DNA of 64,000 nt from Porphyridium purpureum (taxonomy: Eukaryota). The number at the start of each line of letters is the position of its first letter. The stretch's first letter is position 1. The notes under the pieces were generated by a model. It did not search any database and was not told where the DNA came from. It saw nothing but the letters and a program-made list of their open reading frames with translations. Shown here one piece after another: positions 36,446 to 48,685 of this stretch. The stretch spans positions 2,170,001 to 2,234,000 of the forward strand of contig VRMN01000002.1 in the NCBI GenBank assembly GCA_008690995.1, given 5' to 3'. The translations under genes were made by a program, and so were the position numbers.

Positions 36446-38090
36446 AACGCATTCTAATTTTTTTTTATTTTTTACTGTTTGAATGAGTGCATTAATCTTC
36501 GTGATACTTGCATGCTTCGGGGCTCACAACGTTCCGCGTTTGGACTCGTCTTGCTCGAGATTGAGCGCATAATTCGTGTCCGCAAATAAGATTAAAAGAT
36601 CACGAAGTTCCCTGCTCATTGATTCAACCGGTGCAGATAGTTCCTAAAGGCAGGAGAAGACTGGCTAGGAGGGCAGGAAGTGTCTCTTGTCCGCCGCGAG
36701 CAACTGCGACACGCACGCGGCCTTCTGCTAATGGCAGCGTGGACTACTGTAGCACATGTGATGCTGTTCACCGAGCGTGACCGCCTGCAGCACTGGATGA
36801 AGTGCCAGGCGACATTTTGAGTTTGTGTACATGCAAGCAGCACGATACTCCTTTGCCATGGCGGCCTCCTGCGTCTGCTTTGGCAAACCAGCGGGCTTCA
36901 TCAATACTCTATGCAGATCATGTTTAGGTCCGTTTTTGCGTGTAGAGGCGGGTGCTTGCATACATTTGCGCGCATGGTCACGCTTTGCATGGTTTCTCGT
37001 GCCCGTGCAGACATCGCACTGCGCCGGCACATCGGCAAAGCGCAAAGTGGGGCGACGACCGGTGCGAACGAGGTTTGGCGAGCGCAGGACTACCGGTGTG
37101 AAGGTGTCGCGCGTCGAAACGCGTCGCTCACATTGAGGCGCGGAGATTGCAGCGTGTGCCGGGTTCTCGTGTGCCGCGCCACACCTGCATCGCTCCTCTT
37201 GGCGCCCACGTCGCGGGACCTTGCCTCGAAGTGGTTTACACCTCGGTACTCAGATGAGTGCGCTGTACCCTACCCGGTGCACATGCTCCCTGAGGTACAG
37301 ACAGTGACCTCAGGCAACGCGTTTCTACGGCCAGGGGACGTGGCGGTGCGGATTTGCAACTCGCATCCGTGCGTGAAAATGTGGGCGAGATCTTCACGTG
37401 CCTGCGCATGACGCGGCTGCTTTTCGTGCTGCATTGGAGCCCGCGTAATTAGATGCCCGGTGAGGCTGCCCATGTCCATGGTCGCTGGGTCGCGGTGGAG
37501 AGGTATATGATCAGGCGTGGTGGAGAAGTAGGGCTGCGACTCGCACGCAGGTTGGCACGACAGAAGAAGGAACACAGCAAACGTGCGCCGTGGGTTGGAA
37601 GTGGGAAAGGAAAAGGATATAGTTTGGATGGAGGTCAGTGAGAGTTCTGTACCAGATTCTGAGGGAAGCATGGAGATCTGCACCACAGGCGCCGTGCTGC
37701 CTCCGAGCAGGGGTCGCCCGCGCGTGCGCGCAGAGTGGAGCCTGTCGTCGAGCAAGCGCGAGCAGTTGATTAGACAAAGTATTATGCGGAAGCGGTCCAG
37801 AAGTGAGGCGCGTCACGAGCACACGCTGCTGAAAGAGCGCGCCGCGAGGAATCTTTATGGAGCGCACTGCAGAGACGATTCTATTATAGCGCGCGCAGGC
37901 TGTCTCCCCCGATGTGTCGGTGACGAGAACCAGAACGGAGCCCGCAATCAGCGTGTGCTCGAGACCACCGAGCTGGTGCGTCTGCTGGAATCCTGTTCCA
38001 GTCTTCGTCCGACAGAGCGGCCTTCCTCGCCAAGTGCAAAGAACGAATAGAAGGGTCGTTTATGTAAATTAGCCTGTCACCGTCCCGACG

Positions 38091-38750
38091 ATGGCCCCTA
38101 TCTGTGTGTCTTGTATCGCAGACTCGAATTTGGCTGCCGCCAAGGTCGGCTGTGTCGCGTCCGGTTCCTCAAGGCGTCTGGAGTTCCGACGACCGATAGC
38201 CTTGCCACAGACCGAAAAGCTAGATGCGCCGTCCGCACCCGCCCGAGACAGACCTGAATTTCCGCGCGGCCGCACTACCACGGTCACGTCGTCATCGGTC
38301 GAAGGCTCCCCTATGCAGTCTGCACGCAGCGTCAATTCTACCTCTCGTGCAACAAGCCGCATTGTCCACAAACGCACTTCGCTCGAGAAATTCGTCACTT
38401 TCTACGGGCAGCGTTTGCAACAGCGCCGTGGCGTTGCTCGAATCGCAGCAGGCACGGGTGGTCGTGGGTGAGTGGGTGCGACCGTCGCGCCAAACTTGAT
38501 ATCAGAGATTCTACTCGGCAGCAATGAGAATGGAAAAGAAATTCGGCTTCCGTCGTGGGGCATTGGGCGCGCGGGCCGGTCGCGGAGGAATCGACGGCAA
38601 TGGAAAGAGTTGCCAGCAGCGGCACTCTGGTGCGCAAATGTGGACGCCGAGCTGAGACATCTGGTGACATATTTCCCAGACTTGGAGGCGGTCACGGAGA
38701 TAAGCACCCAGGTCGCACGCGCGAGCGCGCAGACTGCAGCAAGGCATTGA
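38091..38750 (+). CDS. Possible hypothetical protein; two in-frame ORFs joined across a TGA that lies in a GTGAGT donor-like site
   Basis: ORFs 38091-38471 and 38472-38750 abut in frame. A possible 54-nt GT..AG intron (38468-38521) would remove the stop. No family recognised. Confidence 0.25.
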
Positions 38751-39122
38751 CCATACGCAATAATGTTTAGTCGAAAATGACAGTGTTCCTTAGCGCGCTG
38801 GCAGCGAGGCGTGTCACGGGCGCGGTTGTTGCATAGAGTGCACCACCGCGCAACGACTCGGAGCTGAGAGCGCACGTGGTCCAAATGTCCCACAACACAG
38901 GTAGCTTGCGTAGAGACGGAGGCTGTCACATTTCCTTAGCATAGGTCCCGTTCTGTTTGAAAATTGACGAGTTCGCGAGATTGCTACAATGTGGGACTCC
39001 TCTCAGTCACACCCAATCGAGCTCTTGCTTCTTTCCGCGACGAACCAATCAAGGACCCTCCGCTGGTAAACAGCACCCTCCGCAGGAAGGCTGCGACCTC
39101 GCGTGCTTGCCGCGCGCATGGC

Positions 39123-39607
39123 TTACTTGGCTGTCTCCAGGATCCTTTCTGTGTCAGCGATTTGCTTCTGCACCTCGCTGCTGCTTGACGTTCGTGCCAG
39201 TGCCAGCGTATCCTCAAGTTTTGAAACCGCCTCCGAGAGCCGCGCCTCTGTGCACGGGATCATATTGCGTGTCTCCTCGATCACATTACTCTATAAATTA
39301 AAACGACGGCGAGAGAATATCCGAAAATCTCGAGAATGAAGCACAACAAAAGCCAACGACGTTAATATCCATGCTCAAGCACATATTCAGTTCCGCCCTT
39401 GACGCAAAACCCCACACGAGCGAGAAAAGAAAGCCCAAGGAAACTTACCCACTGTCGCAAGCGCGCCTCGTCCTCGCCCTCGGCACTTAGCTGCTTGACT
39501 TTTTCCTCGTGTGCGTGAAGCTCACTTTTGTACGAGTCGAGCTCTTTGCACAGCCGACGCACGACGTCGGTCTGGATTTTCAAGTCGCGCGCGGTGATTG
39601 CCGCCAT
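39123..39607 (-). CDS. TBCA: Tubulin-specific chaperone A, 108 aa, two exons (39607-39449 and 39290-39123)
   Basis: Exon 1 RDLKIQTDVVRRLCKELDSYKSE. 158-nt intron GTAAGT...TTTATAG. Exon 2 SNVIEETRNMIPCTEARLSEAVSKL matches the TBCA E..MIP...RL motif. Confidence 0.9.
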
Positions 39608-40924
39608 GGTGCCGCACCGGAAACTCACTCGCTCGTTCCAAAATACAGACGTGTGTATCGTCCTGTAGATCAGCCTGTCCCTTTTTGATGTTTCGCACCA
39701 AAACGTGATTGTCAACGCCAGATTCCCACCAAGCTTTCGGCAGTAAATATGGCGCGCCGGGCAAGCACGATTGTACGACAGTAGAATAAGTCGGTGTCGA
39801 AGGGCACCTAAGTAGAGCGACTCAATGCCGAAAGACGGTTGTCCTCAGGAGCGACGTTTTGTTTGAGTCTTTGCGTGTCGGACCGAAGAGGTATTTGTCT
39901 GTCTGGATGGAGATCAACTTCGTCCGTGGCACGAGCGAGAATGACGACAGCGAGTTGGATTTTTCGATTCCTACTCGTGGAGCAGTTGGTGACGGTGCAA
40001 TCATTAGAGCCGTCTGGATCACTAGCTGTCAGGACGAGGAAAAGCATTTGGCGGCCTATGGCGCAATGAAGGCCGGAGACATGCCGGAACGGAGAGTGTG
40101 AGCTTTCTACGTGTCTTCCAAGTTCATCAACATGAGCCATACGACGGTTGAGGTCACGGGATTCCGTGGTTTAAGATGCTCAAGCATGTCCTTGTGCCAT
40201 TTTGCAATAATCCTGACGGCTGGTGCGCGAGTGCATTTGGCATGTGCTCCGTTCCACGAACCGTGACGAGTTGATGGCGGATGCCTGACCGAACTGCTCA
40301 GAGTCTGCCACAAGCGCGACCCTGGTTTGCGTTGCGCACGGCAGCACTCGCCGCTGCTATCATTCCAGCTTGCGAGACAGGTGCCGAACATTCCTCATTC
40401 ACTGTGCCCCTTTCTCCAGGCATTACACCTGAGCCATATCTGAACGAGATGCCGGCACAGCGCGTAGACGGCGAGCGAACAACTGGCAAGTCCAGCCTCC
40501 CGCCATGCGTTCTTCCGTGTCCCATCGATGTCCCAGCAACCTTCCCTCGTTTTGTCATGCCGTTTTCGTACCCTAATGCACAGTACTTTCGCTGTACTCG
40601 CTGTGCCGCTCGATGGTAAAAAATGAGGCGGGGTACAGCTTGAGGATAGGCACTGGGTTTACTGTACATTCGATAAGCCCTCTAAGCAGAACCTTGAAAC
40701 CTTGATCTAACCACGCGCACCGGTTACATCAAGGGTTTCCAGTTCCGGTTTGGTCGCCGCCGGTGGAGAAGAAGAAGCGGAAGAAACTGAGGTTTGGGTG
40801 TAGGTAGCCAAGTTTGGTGAGAAGGTTAGCGCGGCGAAGGAGAGCAAGAGGGGATTGTGAGGGGTGAAACGGGGAGGGAGCGGAGGCGGAAGCTGGTGGA
40901 AGGAGCGTGCGGGGGTAAGGGGCA

Positions 40925-41362
40925 ATGGGTTCCGGGAAGCCGCGCGGGATTCGCTCGGCGCGAAAGCTGAGGAACCATCGACGAGAGCAAAAGTGGGCCA
41001 ACAAGCGATATGCACGCGCGCATTCGCTGACGGGGCTCAAGGCGAACCCGTTCGGAGGGGCGTCCCACGCCAAGGGGATCGTTCTCGAGCGTATCGGTAT
41101 TGAGGCCAAGCAGCCGAACTCTGCCATCCGCAAGAGTGTGCGGGTGCAGCTGATCAAGAACGGAAAGAAGATTGCGGCGTTCGTACCCAGAGATGGTTGC
41201 CTCAACTTTATCGAGGAGAACGACGAGGTTTTAATCTCAGGATTTGGGCGAAAAGGACATTCAGTCGGTGATATTCCCGGCGTGAGATTCAAGGCTGTCA
41301 AAGTGAGCGGGGTCGCTCTGATTGCTCTTTGGAAGATGAAGAAGGAAAAGCCCAGAACGTGA
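40925..41362 (+). CDS. RPS23: 40S ribosomal protein S23 (uS12)
   Basis: [47 protein letters not shown]. Confidence 0.98.
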   Translation: MGSGKPRGIRSARKLRNHRREQKWANKRYARAHSLTGLKANPFGGASHAKGIVLERIGIEAKQPNSAIRKSVRVQLIKNGKKIAAFVPRDGCLNFIEENDEVLISGFGRKGHSVGDIPGVRFKAVKVSGVALIALWKMKKEKPRT

Positions 41363-43434
41363 TTTAGGCCGCGCGCGCGCGCTGGTTGCGGTGCTTTGTT
41401 CTGTGTTGGCGTGTGTTTGTTTGTGCCCGGGCGCTTTGTCCGCGGCCGAGCACCGTCTGCCTGGATTTTTGCAGCGTTGCTAAGCGTCATCTAGAACTAC
41501 TCTGGTCCGCGAGATGCGACCACGAACGCGCCCGCCAGTTCCCACGGCAGCCACATCGTGGTAAAATGCACAGAAATGAGTGCTGTCGTGGAGAATGACC
41601 GGACGTAATTTAGACGTCCCACAGGTTATCCGTGCACGGTGGGTAAGTTGTGGCGGACGCGCATGAATTGGGTTCGATTGCGTTCGGTCGGTTGTGGAAA
41701 AGGTGATTGAGCTCTGGGCGAGTAGTAAAGGATGAAGTGTTCGTTCCATCACCCCTTTCACAAAGTCTGAAAACGTAGCCATGTTATTGACATCACGTGG
41801 CGGACAAGTTGATGTCCTCAAGATCACTTCCCGCACAGAGATCAGCACAAGGAGCAGAATGAATGTTCCGCGCCACGTAAAGCCGTTCGAGACTCAGGGA
41901 TGTGCAGGATATGAATATTTGCGCTACTGCTTGACCACGAGGACGGGCGCATACTCAACATTTACGACGCGAGCTATGCACGCGGGGACCATATCACTGA
42001 ATGTACGCATCGCAAATCCGTTGATTTTCTCGGTGCAGCTGGCGCGACGTGGGTCTTCCGAACTCGAATCGTGTCGCTTGCCGGCTGGTTCTGTGTGGCT
42101 TTCTTTCTGCTGCTTATTTTGGCAGACTCGACTCACGCTCACGGATGAGTCGCTTGTTGGCTGTAGAAGTCGCTCAACTTTGACGACAGGGAAACTACTC
42201 GATGAAAGCCTTCATATTTTGGATTACAAGAGACGCGCCCTGTCGCATTTTAAATGCGGTCATGGTCATTCCCACCGGAGCTTGGAAAAGAGCACCGAAT
42301 CACAGGCTTCAACCTCTCCTTGAAGTTTCTGCTCGGCAGGCACCGTGAGACCAAGACAAAAAATTTTGCTTGGTCAACCTAGCAAAGAATGGACCATGTT
42401 GAGCTTCAGCACTTCTCGCTCCATGGCGCAAAGCGTTTGAGAGTCCAGTTCTGTGCACACGCGACCTCGCTCGATGAGCATTGGGAAACCTGCTCCGAAG
42501 CGAGCGACGTATACAGAGATTGGGAAGGGAGGCGTGCGGCTGTAGGTTTCTGTGGTGGTTACGCGTCGGCATTCGTTTGCGGCCGGACAGGGCCCGATGC
42601 ACGAAGAAGAACGTGGAGTCGACCTTGGCACTTCCTGCACCAAGAAGGGTGAAGCTAGCGGTAGGAGACGCGCTCGGTGTCGAGCAAGGGCTGCGGTGCC
42701 TTTGCGGAATCATGAACAACTCATACGCGTGATGGCGCTTTCAAACACATTCGAAAGCCAAAGAGGGTTCGTACGAGCGCCATGACGCCTCGTGCGGACC
42801 GGCATATAGAGCTCGTCTGTGGTCAAGAGGAGAAAACCGGAACGAAGGCGAGCTCGTGTACCATGACGCCTTCCAATTCCTCGTTCGCTCGTCCGGCAAT
42901 GTTCGCGACGGTAAGGATGTTTGATGCAAGCGAGCAAATCTACGGCGTCTGAAGGTCGGGAGAACGCATTGCGTAGGTTGCTCGGAATATAGTCCTCGCA
43001 CCAGCAGTTTGTGGTCTACGTGCTGGAGTCTGAGGGCGGGGCTGTCCGAGGGGCGGGATTTTTGCCGACAAAAAGAGCTTAGGTCAGGCGCTTCAGGCTA
43101 TTGCGCCGGTCATGTCGAACGACGGAGATTCGTCGCATACAGCTCAAAGCGTTGTGCTCAAGGGCGTAGATGAAAGTGATTGTAGCCGTGCTGGCTTTGC
43201 ACTTGTCAAAGCCATATTTTTGGTGTGTGCGGCTGTTGCGATGATTTAGTTGCGAGACAAATTCTCTCCAACTGTGAAGAAGGGAGCCGTGCAGTCGGCA
43301 TGGAACGTCGCACGACACGTGTCATGGACTATTGCGAGCTGGAACAAAGTTGGGCTATACCATAAACGTTGAGCACCCCATTTAATCTCGAAAAGAAAAA
43401 AAGGTGAGAGCCAGAGGTCTCTGAATTCTCCTCC

Positions 43435-44469
43435 TCATTCGGCTCCGGCAACGCCCGGATCGCCAGGCAGACCCTTGCTGCCGACGCAAAACATGAGCAC
43501 CTTTTCAGCGATTGTGAGCGGCAAGCATAGCACATTGAACGGGAATGGAATGGAAAAGTTTCTGGCAATCTGCACGTACGCTCCGAACAGACCCAGCGCG
43601 GTAAAACCCGCCGTGATCAGCGGGTTACCCTTGGTCGCAAACTCCTTCTCCAGGTAGTTGTGGCGCACGAGGAAAGTACTGAGACCAAAGAAGAAAATCT
43701 CAGAGCCCTTGAGACCTACAAACACCGCCGACACGTACCGCATAAGCTTAAACGCGAGCGCGACGCCCATGTAGCGGAACGTGTATTTGAGACTCACGGG
43801 CACCCATTTGGCATACTCGCGCGGTACGTGCGGATTCACAACGCGCATGATGAATGGAGATACAAACTGGTCAAGATTGTTTCCAATCGAGGTACCCAGC
43901 GTGATGGCTTGCGCAAACTTGACGCGCAACGTGGCAATCACCGCGATCCAGGCCTGCGTTAGCCCTTCCAACGCCTCTGCGAGCTGATTTGGGTCCACCG
44001 CCTTGAGAATGACCATGGCTTTACGCGCCGCGAGCTGTGACTTATCCATTAGCGACACGTCTGCTACGCCGTCCTTGTTTTCATCCACCAAATTATCCTT
44101 TTCGTACGCCACCTTGGCCACCTTGATCTGCTTCCACAGACCCTGGAGTGATGCGACCACCCTGTGCATGCCAAATATATTCGCCGCCTCGATTGCCGAG
44201 ATCAGCACCATGTACACCCCGCCAAAGAACGTCATGGCCAGGCCCCACAAGGCCGGCCCGAGCTCGTCCACGTGGTACTTTTCCACAAAGTGCATCACGT
44301 CGTCGCCATACTCGTCGACCACCCACGAAATCAAGTCCACGCCTTTCATCAAAATCTCGCCAATCATGACCGCAATGGGACCGACCTTCTTCTGGATCTG
44401 CTTAAAATCAATGGAGCGGTCGCCCACCTGGCTAGCCGTCTCTGACGGCTTGACCTCATCGCTCCCCAT
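43435..44469 (-). CDS. Multi-pass membrane protein of unknown function with an EF-hand-like loop
   Basis: 344-aa ORF with coding-like composition, several hydrophobic helices and DENKDGVAD. Confidence 0.75.
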   Translation of the reverse strand: MGSDEVKPSETASQVGDRSIDFKQIQKKVGPIAVMIGEILMKGVDLISWVVDEYGDDVMHFVEKYHVDELGPALWGLAMTFFGGVYMVLISAIEAANIFGMHRVVASLQGLWKQIKVAKVAYEKDNLVDENKDGVADVSLMDKSQLAARKAMVILKAVDPNQLAEALEGLTQAWIAVIATLRVKFAQAITLGTSIGNNLDQFVSPFIMRVVNPHVPREYAKWVPVSLKYTFRYMGVALAFKLMRYVSAVFVGLKGSEIFFFGLSTFLVRHNYLEKEFATKGNPLITAGFTALGLFGAYVQIARNFSIPFPFNVLCLPLTIAEKVLMFCVGSKGLPGDPGVAGAE

Positions 44470-45101
44470 GGCGCGCGTTGTGTCTCTGCGTGCGTCTTAT
44501 TTTCAGCCCAGATCGGATTTCAGTGCGCGAGCTGTTCGACGCGTGTCTGTTTTTTACTTTGTTCCCGCACCACGTCTCCTTCGTGCGGCGCGCAAAAAAG
44601 AGGAGCGCGCTACTGCTCGAGCAGCACAGTGGGCAGTTTAACCTTCTCGGGTGGCCACACGTCCCGTTGCCCTGCGCCACGCAAGCACGCTTTCCACCGA
44701 CGTTCGCGCTCTCGGCTCGCCCCGCCCGCCCCACTCAGCTGGGCACACAGACCAACCGGGGAAAAGATCACGACACAGGCCGTTGGAGGTACAGTGCGTA
44801 CTGTCGAGGATTCACTGTACTTGTAGTACAGTGCTGACAAGTGCTTGGGTGCGAGTTGGGACGAAAAGCGTGCGTGGCGTGGCGCCGGCTCGGACATCGC
44901 ACCCACCTGTGCTGCGCCGCGCGGACCTGGCTTTCGTGCGGTGCATTGACATGGTCCTGCTCAGAGCTTTACTTAAAATCCCTCGTGAGAACAGAACACA
45001 TCAAATCAAACGGAAGCAAGGCGCACGTTGAACCTCCTTTCGTGGCCCCAGCGCGCGTTTGTAAAAGAGAAAAGGCAACAACGCAGACCAGCTCGTCATA
45101 C

Positions 45102-46613
45102 TTACGCACCAAGCGCACCTGGCTTCGATTCCTCCTTCTCGGCGCCGCGGCGGTGGTAGAATTCCTTGATGATCTTCTCCGGAATTCGTTTTAGCAGCGT
45201 CGGCGGGAACACGCGCAGCAGCGACCACGCCAGGTCCAGCGAGTAGAAAATGTCGCGGTTATCTGACGGACCCTGCTGCACAAACTTCTTCTCAAACTTG
45301 TCGTGAAACTCAAGGAATAGCATATCCTCGGACGAGAGCGCCTCCTCGCCCACCACGGCCTTCATGGCAAGCACGTCCTTGCCAATGGCGTACCCGGCAT
45401 ACAGCTGGTTCGATACGTCACCGTGGTCCTTACGCGTCATGCCTTCGCCGATGGCCGACTTCATCAAACGCGACAGGGACGGAAGCACGTTGATTGGCGG
45501 GTAGATTTGTCGGTTATGCAGCTGTCGGTCCAAGTAGATCTGGCCTTCGGTGATGTACCCGGTCAGATCCGGAACCGGATGCGTAATGTCATCGTTGGGC
45601 ATCGACAGGATCGGAAGCTGAGTGATAGAGCCCGGCCGGCCTTCGATGCGGCCAGCGCGCTCGTAAATCGTACTCAAATCCGTGTACATGTATCCGGGGT
45701 AACCGCGGCGGCCGGGCACCTCCTCTCTTGCGGCTGAAACTTCGCGAAGCGCGTCGGCGTACGACGTCATATCGGTGAGAATCACAAGCACGTGCATACC
45801 GCACTCGTATGCCAAGTACTCCGCCGTCGTGAGGGCCAGGCGCGGCGTGATAATACGCTCGATTGTCGGGTCGTTGGCCAGGTTCAGGAAAAGCGTGACC
45901 TTTTCCATGGCGCCATTTTCCTCAAAGTCCTGTCGAAAGAAGCGCGCATTCTCCATGTTGACACCCATGGCGGCAAACACAATCGCAAATTCATCAGAGC
46001 GCTCGGGCTGACCTGGGATCTGCACCAGGCCGGCCTGACGGCAGATCTGTGCCGCAACTTCGTTATGCGGCAGACCAGCCCCTGAAAACAGTGGGATCTT
46101 CTGCCCGCGCGCGATCGAGTTCATCACATCGATCGTCGAAATGCCCGTCTGCACCATTTCCTCGGGGTACGTGCGCTTCTGCGGGTTGATTGGCATGCCC
46201 TGGATGTCCAGGTACGCCTCGGGCACCACTGGCGGGCCACCGTCAATGGGCTTTCCAGAGCCGTTGAAGATCCTCCCAAGCATGTCCCTGGACACTGGCA
46301 TCTTGAGAATCTCGCCCGTGAATTCGCAGTGCGTGCGCTTGTTGTCGATCCCCGTGGTGCCTTCAAACACCTGCACGATCGCCTTGTCGCCGTTGACCTC
46401 GAGCACCTGGCCCTTGCGGACGGAGCCATCGCCCAGCGTGATGTTGACAATCTCCGCGTACATGGGGTTCTTCACCTTATCCAGAATCACCAACGGGCCG
46501 TTCACGGCGGCGACGGTGCGGTAATCGACGCGCGGCTTGAGCACAAAGTCGCGCTGCACGGCCTCGGCATTCAGCTTGAACGCGTCCATTTTGGACGCGA
46601 TCTCGTCCGCCAT
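45102..46613 (-). CDS. VMA2: V-type H+-ATPase subunit B
   Basis: [61 protein letters not shown]. Start set at ATG 46613. Confidence 0.97.
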   Translation of the reverse strand: MADEIASKMDAFKLNAEAVQRDFVLKPRVDYRTVAAVNGPLVILDKVKNPMYAEIVNITLGDGSVRKGQVLEVNGDKAIVQVFEGTTGIDNKRTHCEFTGEILKMPVSRDMLGRIFNGSGKPIDGGPPVVPEAYLDIQGMPINPQKRTYPEEMVQTGISTIDVMNSIARGQKIPLFSGAGLPHNEVAAQICRQAGLVQIPGQPERSDEFAIVFAAMGVNMENARFFRQDFEENGAMEKVTLFLNLANDPTIERIITPRLALTTAEYLAYECGMHVLVILTDMTSYADALREVSAAREEVPGRRGYPGYMYTDLSTIYERAGRIEGRPGSITQLPILSMPNDDITHPVPDLTGYITEGQIYLDRQLHNRQIYPPINVLPSLSRLMKSAIGEGMTRKDHGDVSNQLYAGYAIGKDVLAMKAVVGEEALSSEDMLFLEFHDKFEKKFVQQGPSDNRDIFYSLDLAWSLLRVFPPTLLKRIPEKIIKEFYHRRGAEKEESKPGALGA

Positions 46614-46712
46614 GTCAACAAGAAACCCCGCACACAACCACACCTCTGCACTCCCCTGTTCGCCCCACGCGCCACGTACCGTCCGCTCCTCTCCCGTCAC
46701 CACCCCTCAATA

Positions 46713-46746
<34 letters not shown>

Positions 46747-47103
46747 GTCCTTCCCCTCTTACAAACTCACTCGCTCACACTCGCCAATAAACCGGTTGGC
46801 ACGTCCGTTTTTTGTCTTTGTTTTTCGTCTTGTTCTAGTCACGCGTGGTTGATAAGTAAACCGACTCGTTTTAGAGGACACAACGGCACAAGCGTTTTTT
46901 TGGGGCGCGGTACAGTGTAAGAGACGGCCACTGTACTTAGGTGGTCATCTGGTGGATGGTGATGATACGGACGAGAACTGAACACGCGACGCCCATGTGT
47001 GAGCGGTGCTTGTGTGAACACCGCAACCAGGTAAACAGATGGTCCGAGGTAAATCAACAAGACCTTCGACTGGAAATCACAAACTGTGAATTCATCCTAT
47101 CAT

Positions 47104-47105
<2 letters not shown>

Positions 47106-47156
<51 letters not shown>

Positions 47157-47176
47157 TCATTCATTCATTCATTCAT
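47106..47176. repeat. (CAT)17 followed by (TCAT)5 microsatellite
   Basis: Direct reading. Confidence 0.92.
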
Positions 47177-47368
47177 TTCTTGCGGACATCTAAAGGTAAA
47201 CCCACTCACGATGGTTGCTGCTCACGCTTCATCACGTCATTGCGTTTGTTTCGCACATTCATTCGCGGTTTCGTGGCGATTCGTGGGCTTCAAGCGCAAG
47301 GTAATAGCAGGGTTTGCGACGAAACACGTGGCTACTGACGAAAGGGACAGGAGAAAAGGAGCACCACT

Positions 47369-48685
47369 CTAGCTTGATGCGGAAGACGAAGGTTCGTCCC
47401 GAATTTCAACAGGCAGCTCATCCAACGCTTCCGCATGCTTGTGCGTTCGAATCGTTTTGAGCAGCACAAAAATGCAAGAGATGAGCCCAACAGCCACAAT
47501 TATCAGGTTTAGCGTCAGCGCCCAGACTTCAAAAGTCGCGACAGTTCCAATCAGTTCTGAACCTTCGAGGATCTCATCCGTATCCAAGCGAATCGAATCG
47601 TTTCCCCATGTGTTGTAAAGAGCGATCGCCCTCTGGAAATCTTCGGCTCCGCAAATATGCATCTTAATTTGGTCCGGGGTGAGCCTGCCCGAGTACTTTC
47701 CAGAGTAGGCAGCCAGAGATAGCAGCGTTGTCCAATTTCCTTGAAAGTCATGCTTCGTGTACAAGGCTCTGTGCTGCACAAGGTAATCGCCGTCCGTCAT
47801 GGCGTTGATTGCAAACTGGCTGCAGTATACATCTTCGGTCCTATTGCCACTGGCACTAAGCTTAAAAGCCGGGACCACCCTGTAAATCACATTGCTGTTC
47901 ATACAGATAATATTCACTACACACGTGTCCAGTTGGCGATTGGCAATTAGGCACCGGACATCCTCAGATTCGCCCTCTGTTGTGAGCACGCTTGTGGCGT
48001 CAAATTGGATGGCCTGCAGCTCGTCTCTACGAATGCCCGATACGCTCATGATCGCGGCAAGATTCAGGTTACGGCATCTTGCATCATCCTTGCAAGTCTC
48101 AGAGTTTGAATCGTCAAATCGCAACGTAGGACCCAGAGTTACTCGTCGATCCTTGTCCGCGGTGAGTGTCTCGTTCACAACTCGAACATTCGAAATGTAT
48201 TGCACAGACTCGCCCGCATTCTCACACTCGTACCAGACAGATACATTAGCCGCAAGTCTATTCATGTTCGGTTCAATGAAAGGCGGAGTAACCAGCAGAT
48301 ACTTCAAATAGGCCGTCTGGTCCAAATCCGTCGCCAGATTTGCAAACCTTGTATAATTGTAAGTCACTGGCTCAAACGCCGGAACGGAATTGTATCCATC
48401 TTGAATCACAACTTGAATTGCAATCAAACCTCCTGCCACCACCAGAATCAATAAGTTGTGCCAAACTAGCTTGCCATTGACGGTAAACAGTCCGAGTCCC
48501 ACAAAAATACTAACCCAATGGTCGGTCAAAGTGGGTTTCTTTTGTCCATTTCGTCGAATCATCCATTCCGTAACATCCGTAACAATCCTGGCAAACGAGA
48601 CCAGCATGATCGCCGGAATGATTTCCAAGAAGATCCTCTTGATGATATTGAATGTATTAACGTTCAAGCCAGTGCTCACAGTCAT
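47369..48685 (-). CDS. Unknown membrane glycoprotein-like protein (N-terminal TM helices, Cys- and N-glycosylation-site-rich middle, C-terminal TM)
   Basis: 438-aa ORF; sequons NYT, NVS, NET, NRT, NWT, NDS; hydrophobic WALTLNLIIVAVGLISCIFVLL. Confidence 0.7.
   Translation of the reverse strand: MTVSTGLNVNTFNIIKRIFLEIIPAIMLVSFARIVTDVTEWMIRRNGQKKPTLTDHWVSIFVGLGLFTVNGKLVWHNLLILVVAGGLIAIQVVIQDGYNSVPAFEPVTYNYTRFANLATDLDQTAYLKYLLVTPPFIEPNMNRLAANVSVWYECENAGESVQYISNVRVVNETLTADKDRRVTLGPTLRFDDSNSETCKDDARCRNLNLAAIMSVSGIRRDELQAIQFDATSVLTTEGESEDVRCLIANRQLDTCVVNIICMNSNVIYRVVPAFKLSASGNRTEDVYCSQFAINAMTDGDYLVQHRALYTKHDFQGNWTTLLSLAAYSGKYSGRLTPDQIKMHICGAEDFQRAIALYNTWGNDSIRLDTDEILEGSELIGTVATFEVWALTLNLIIVAVGLISCIFVLLKTIRTHKHAEALDELPVEIRDEPSSSASS

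Noticed and set aside
36600..38050. Short overlapping ORFs after flotillin (similar ones at 39800-40650, 41500-43400 and 62400-63600)
   Set aside because: No recognisable motifs or consistent coding strand; left unannotated, although spliced genes cannot be excluded.
41635..41690. GGTTCGATT resembling a tRNA T-loop / B box
   Set aside because: No cloverleaf stems could be built around it.
46941..47372. ORF with a 17-His run
   Set aside because: Translation of a (CAT)n microsatellite; non-ATG start and no other coding signal.
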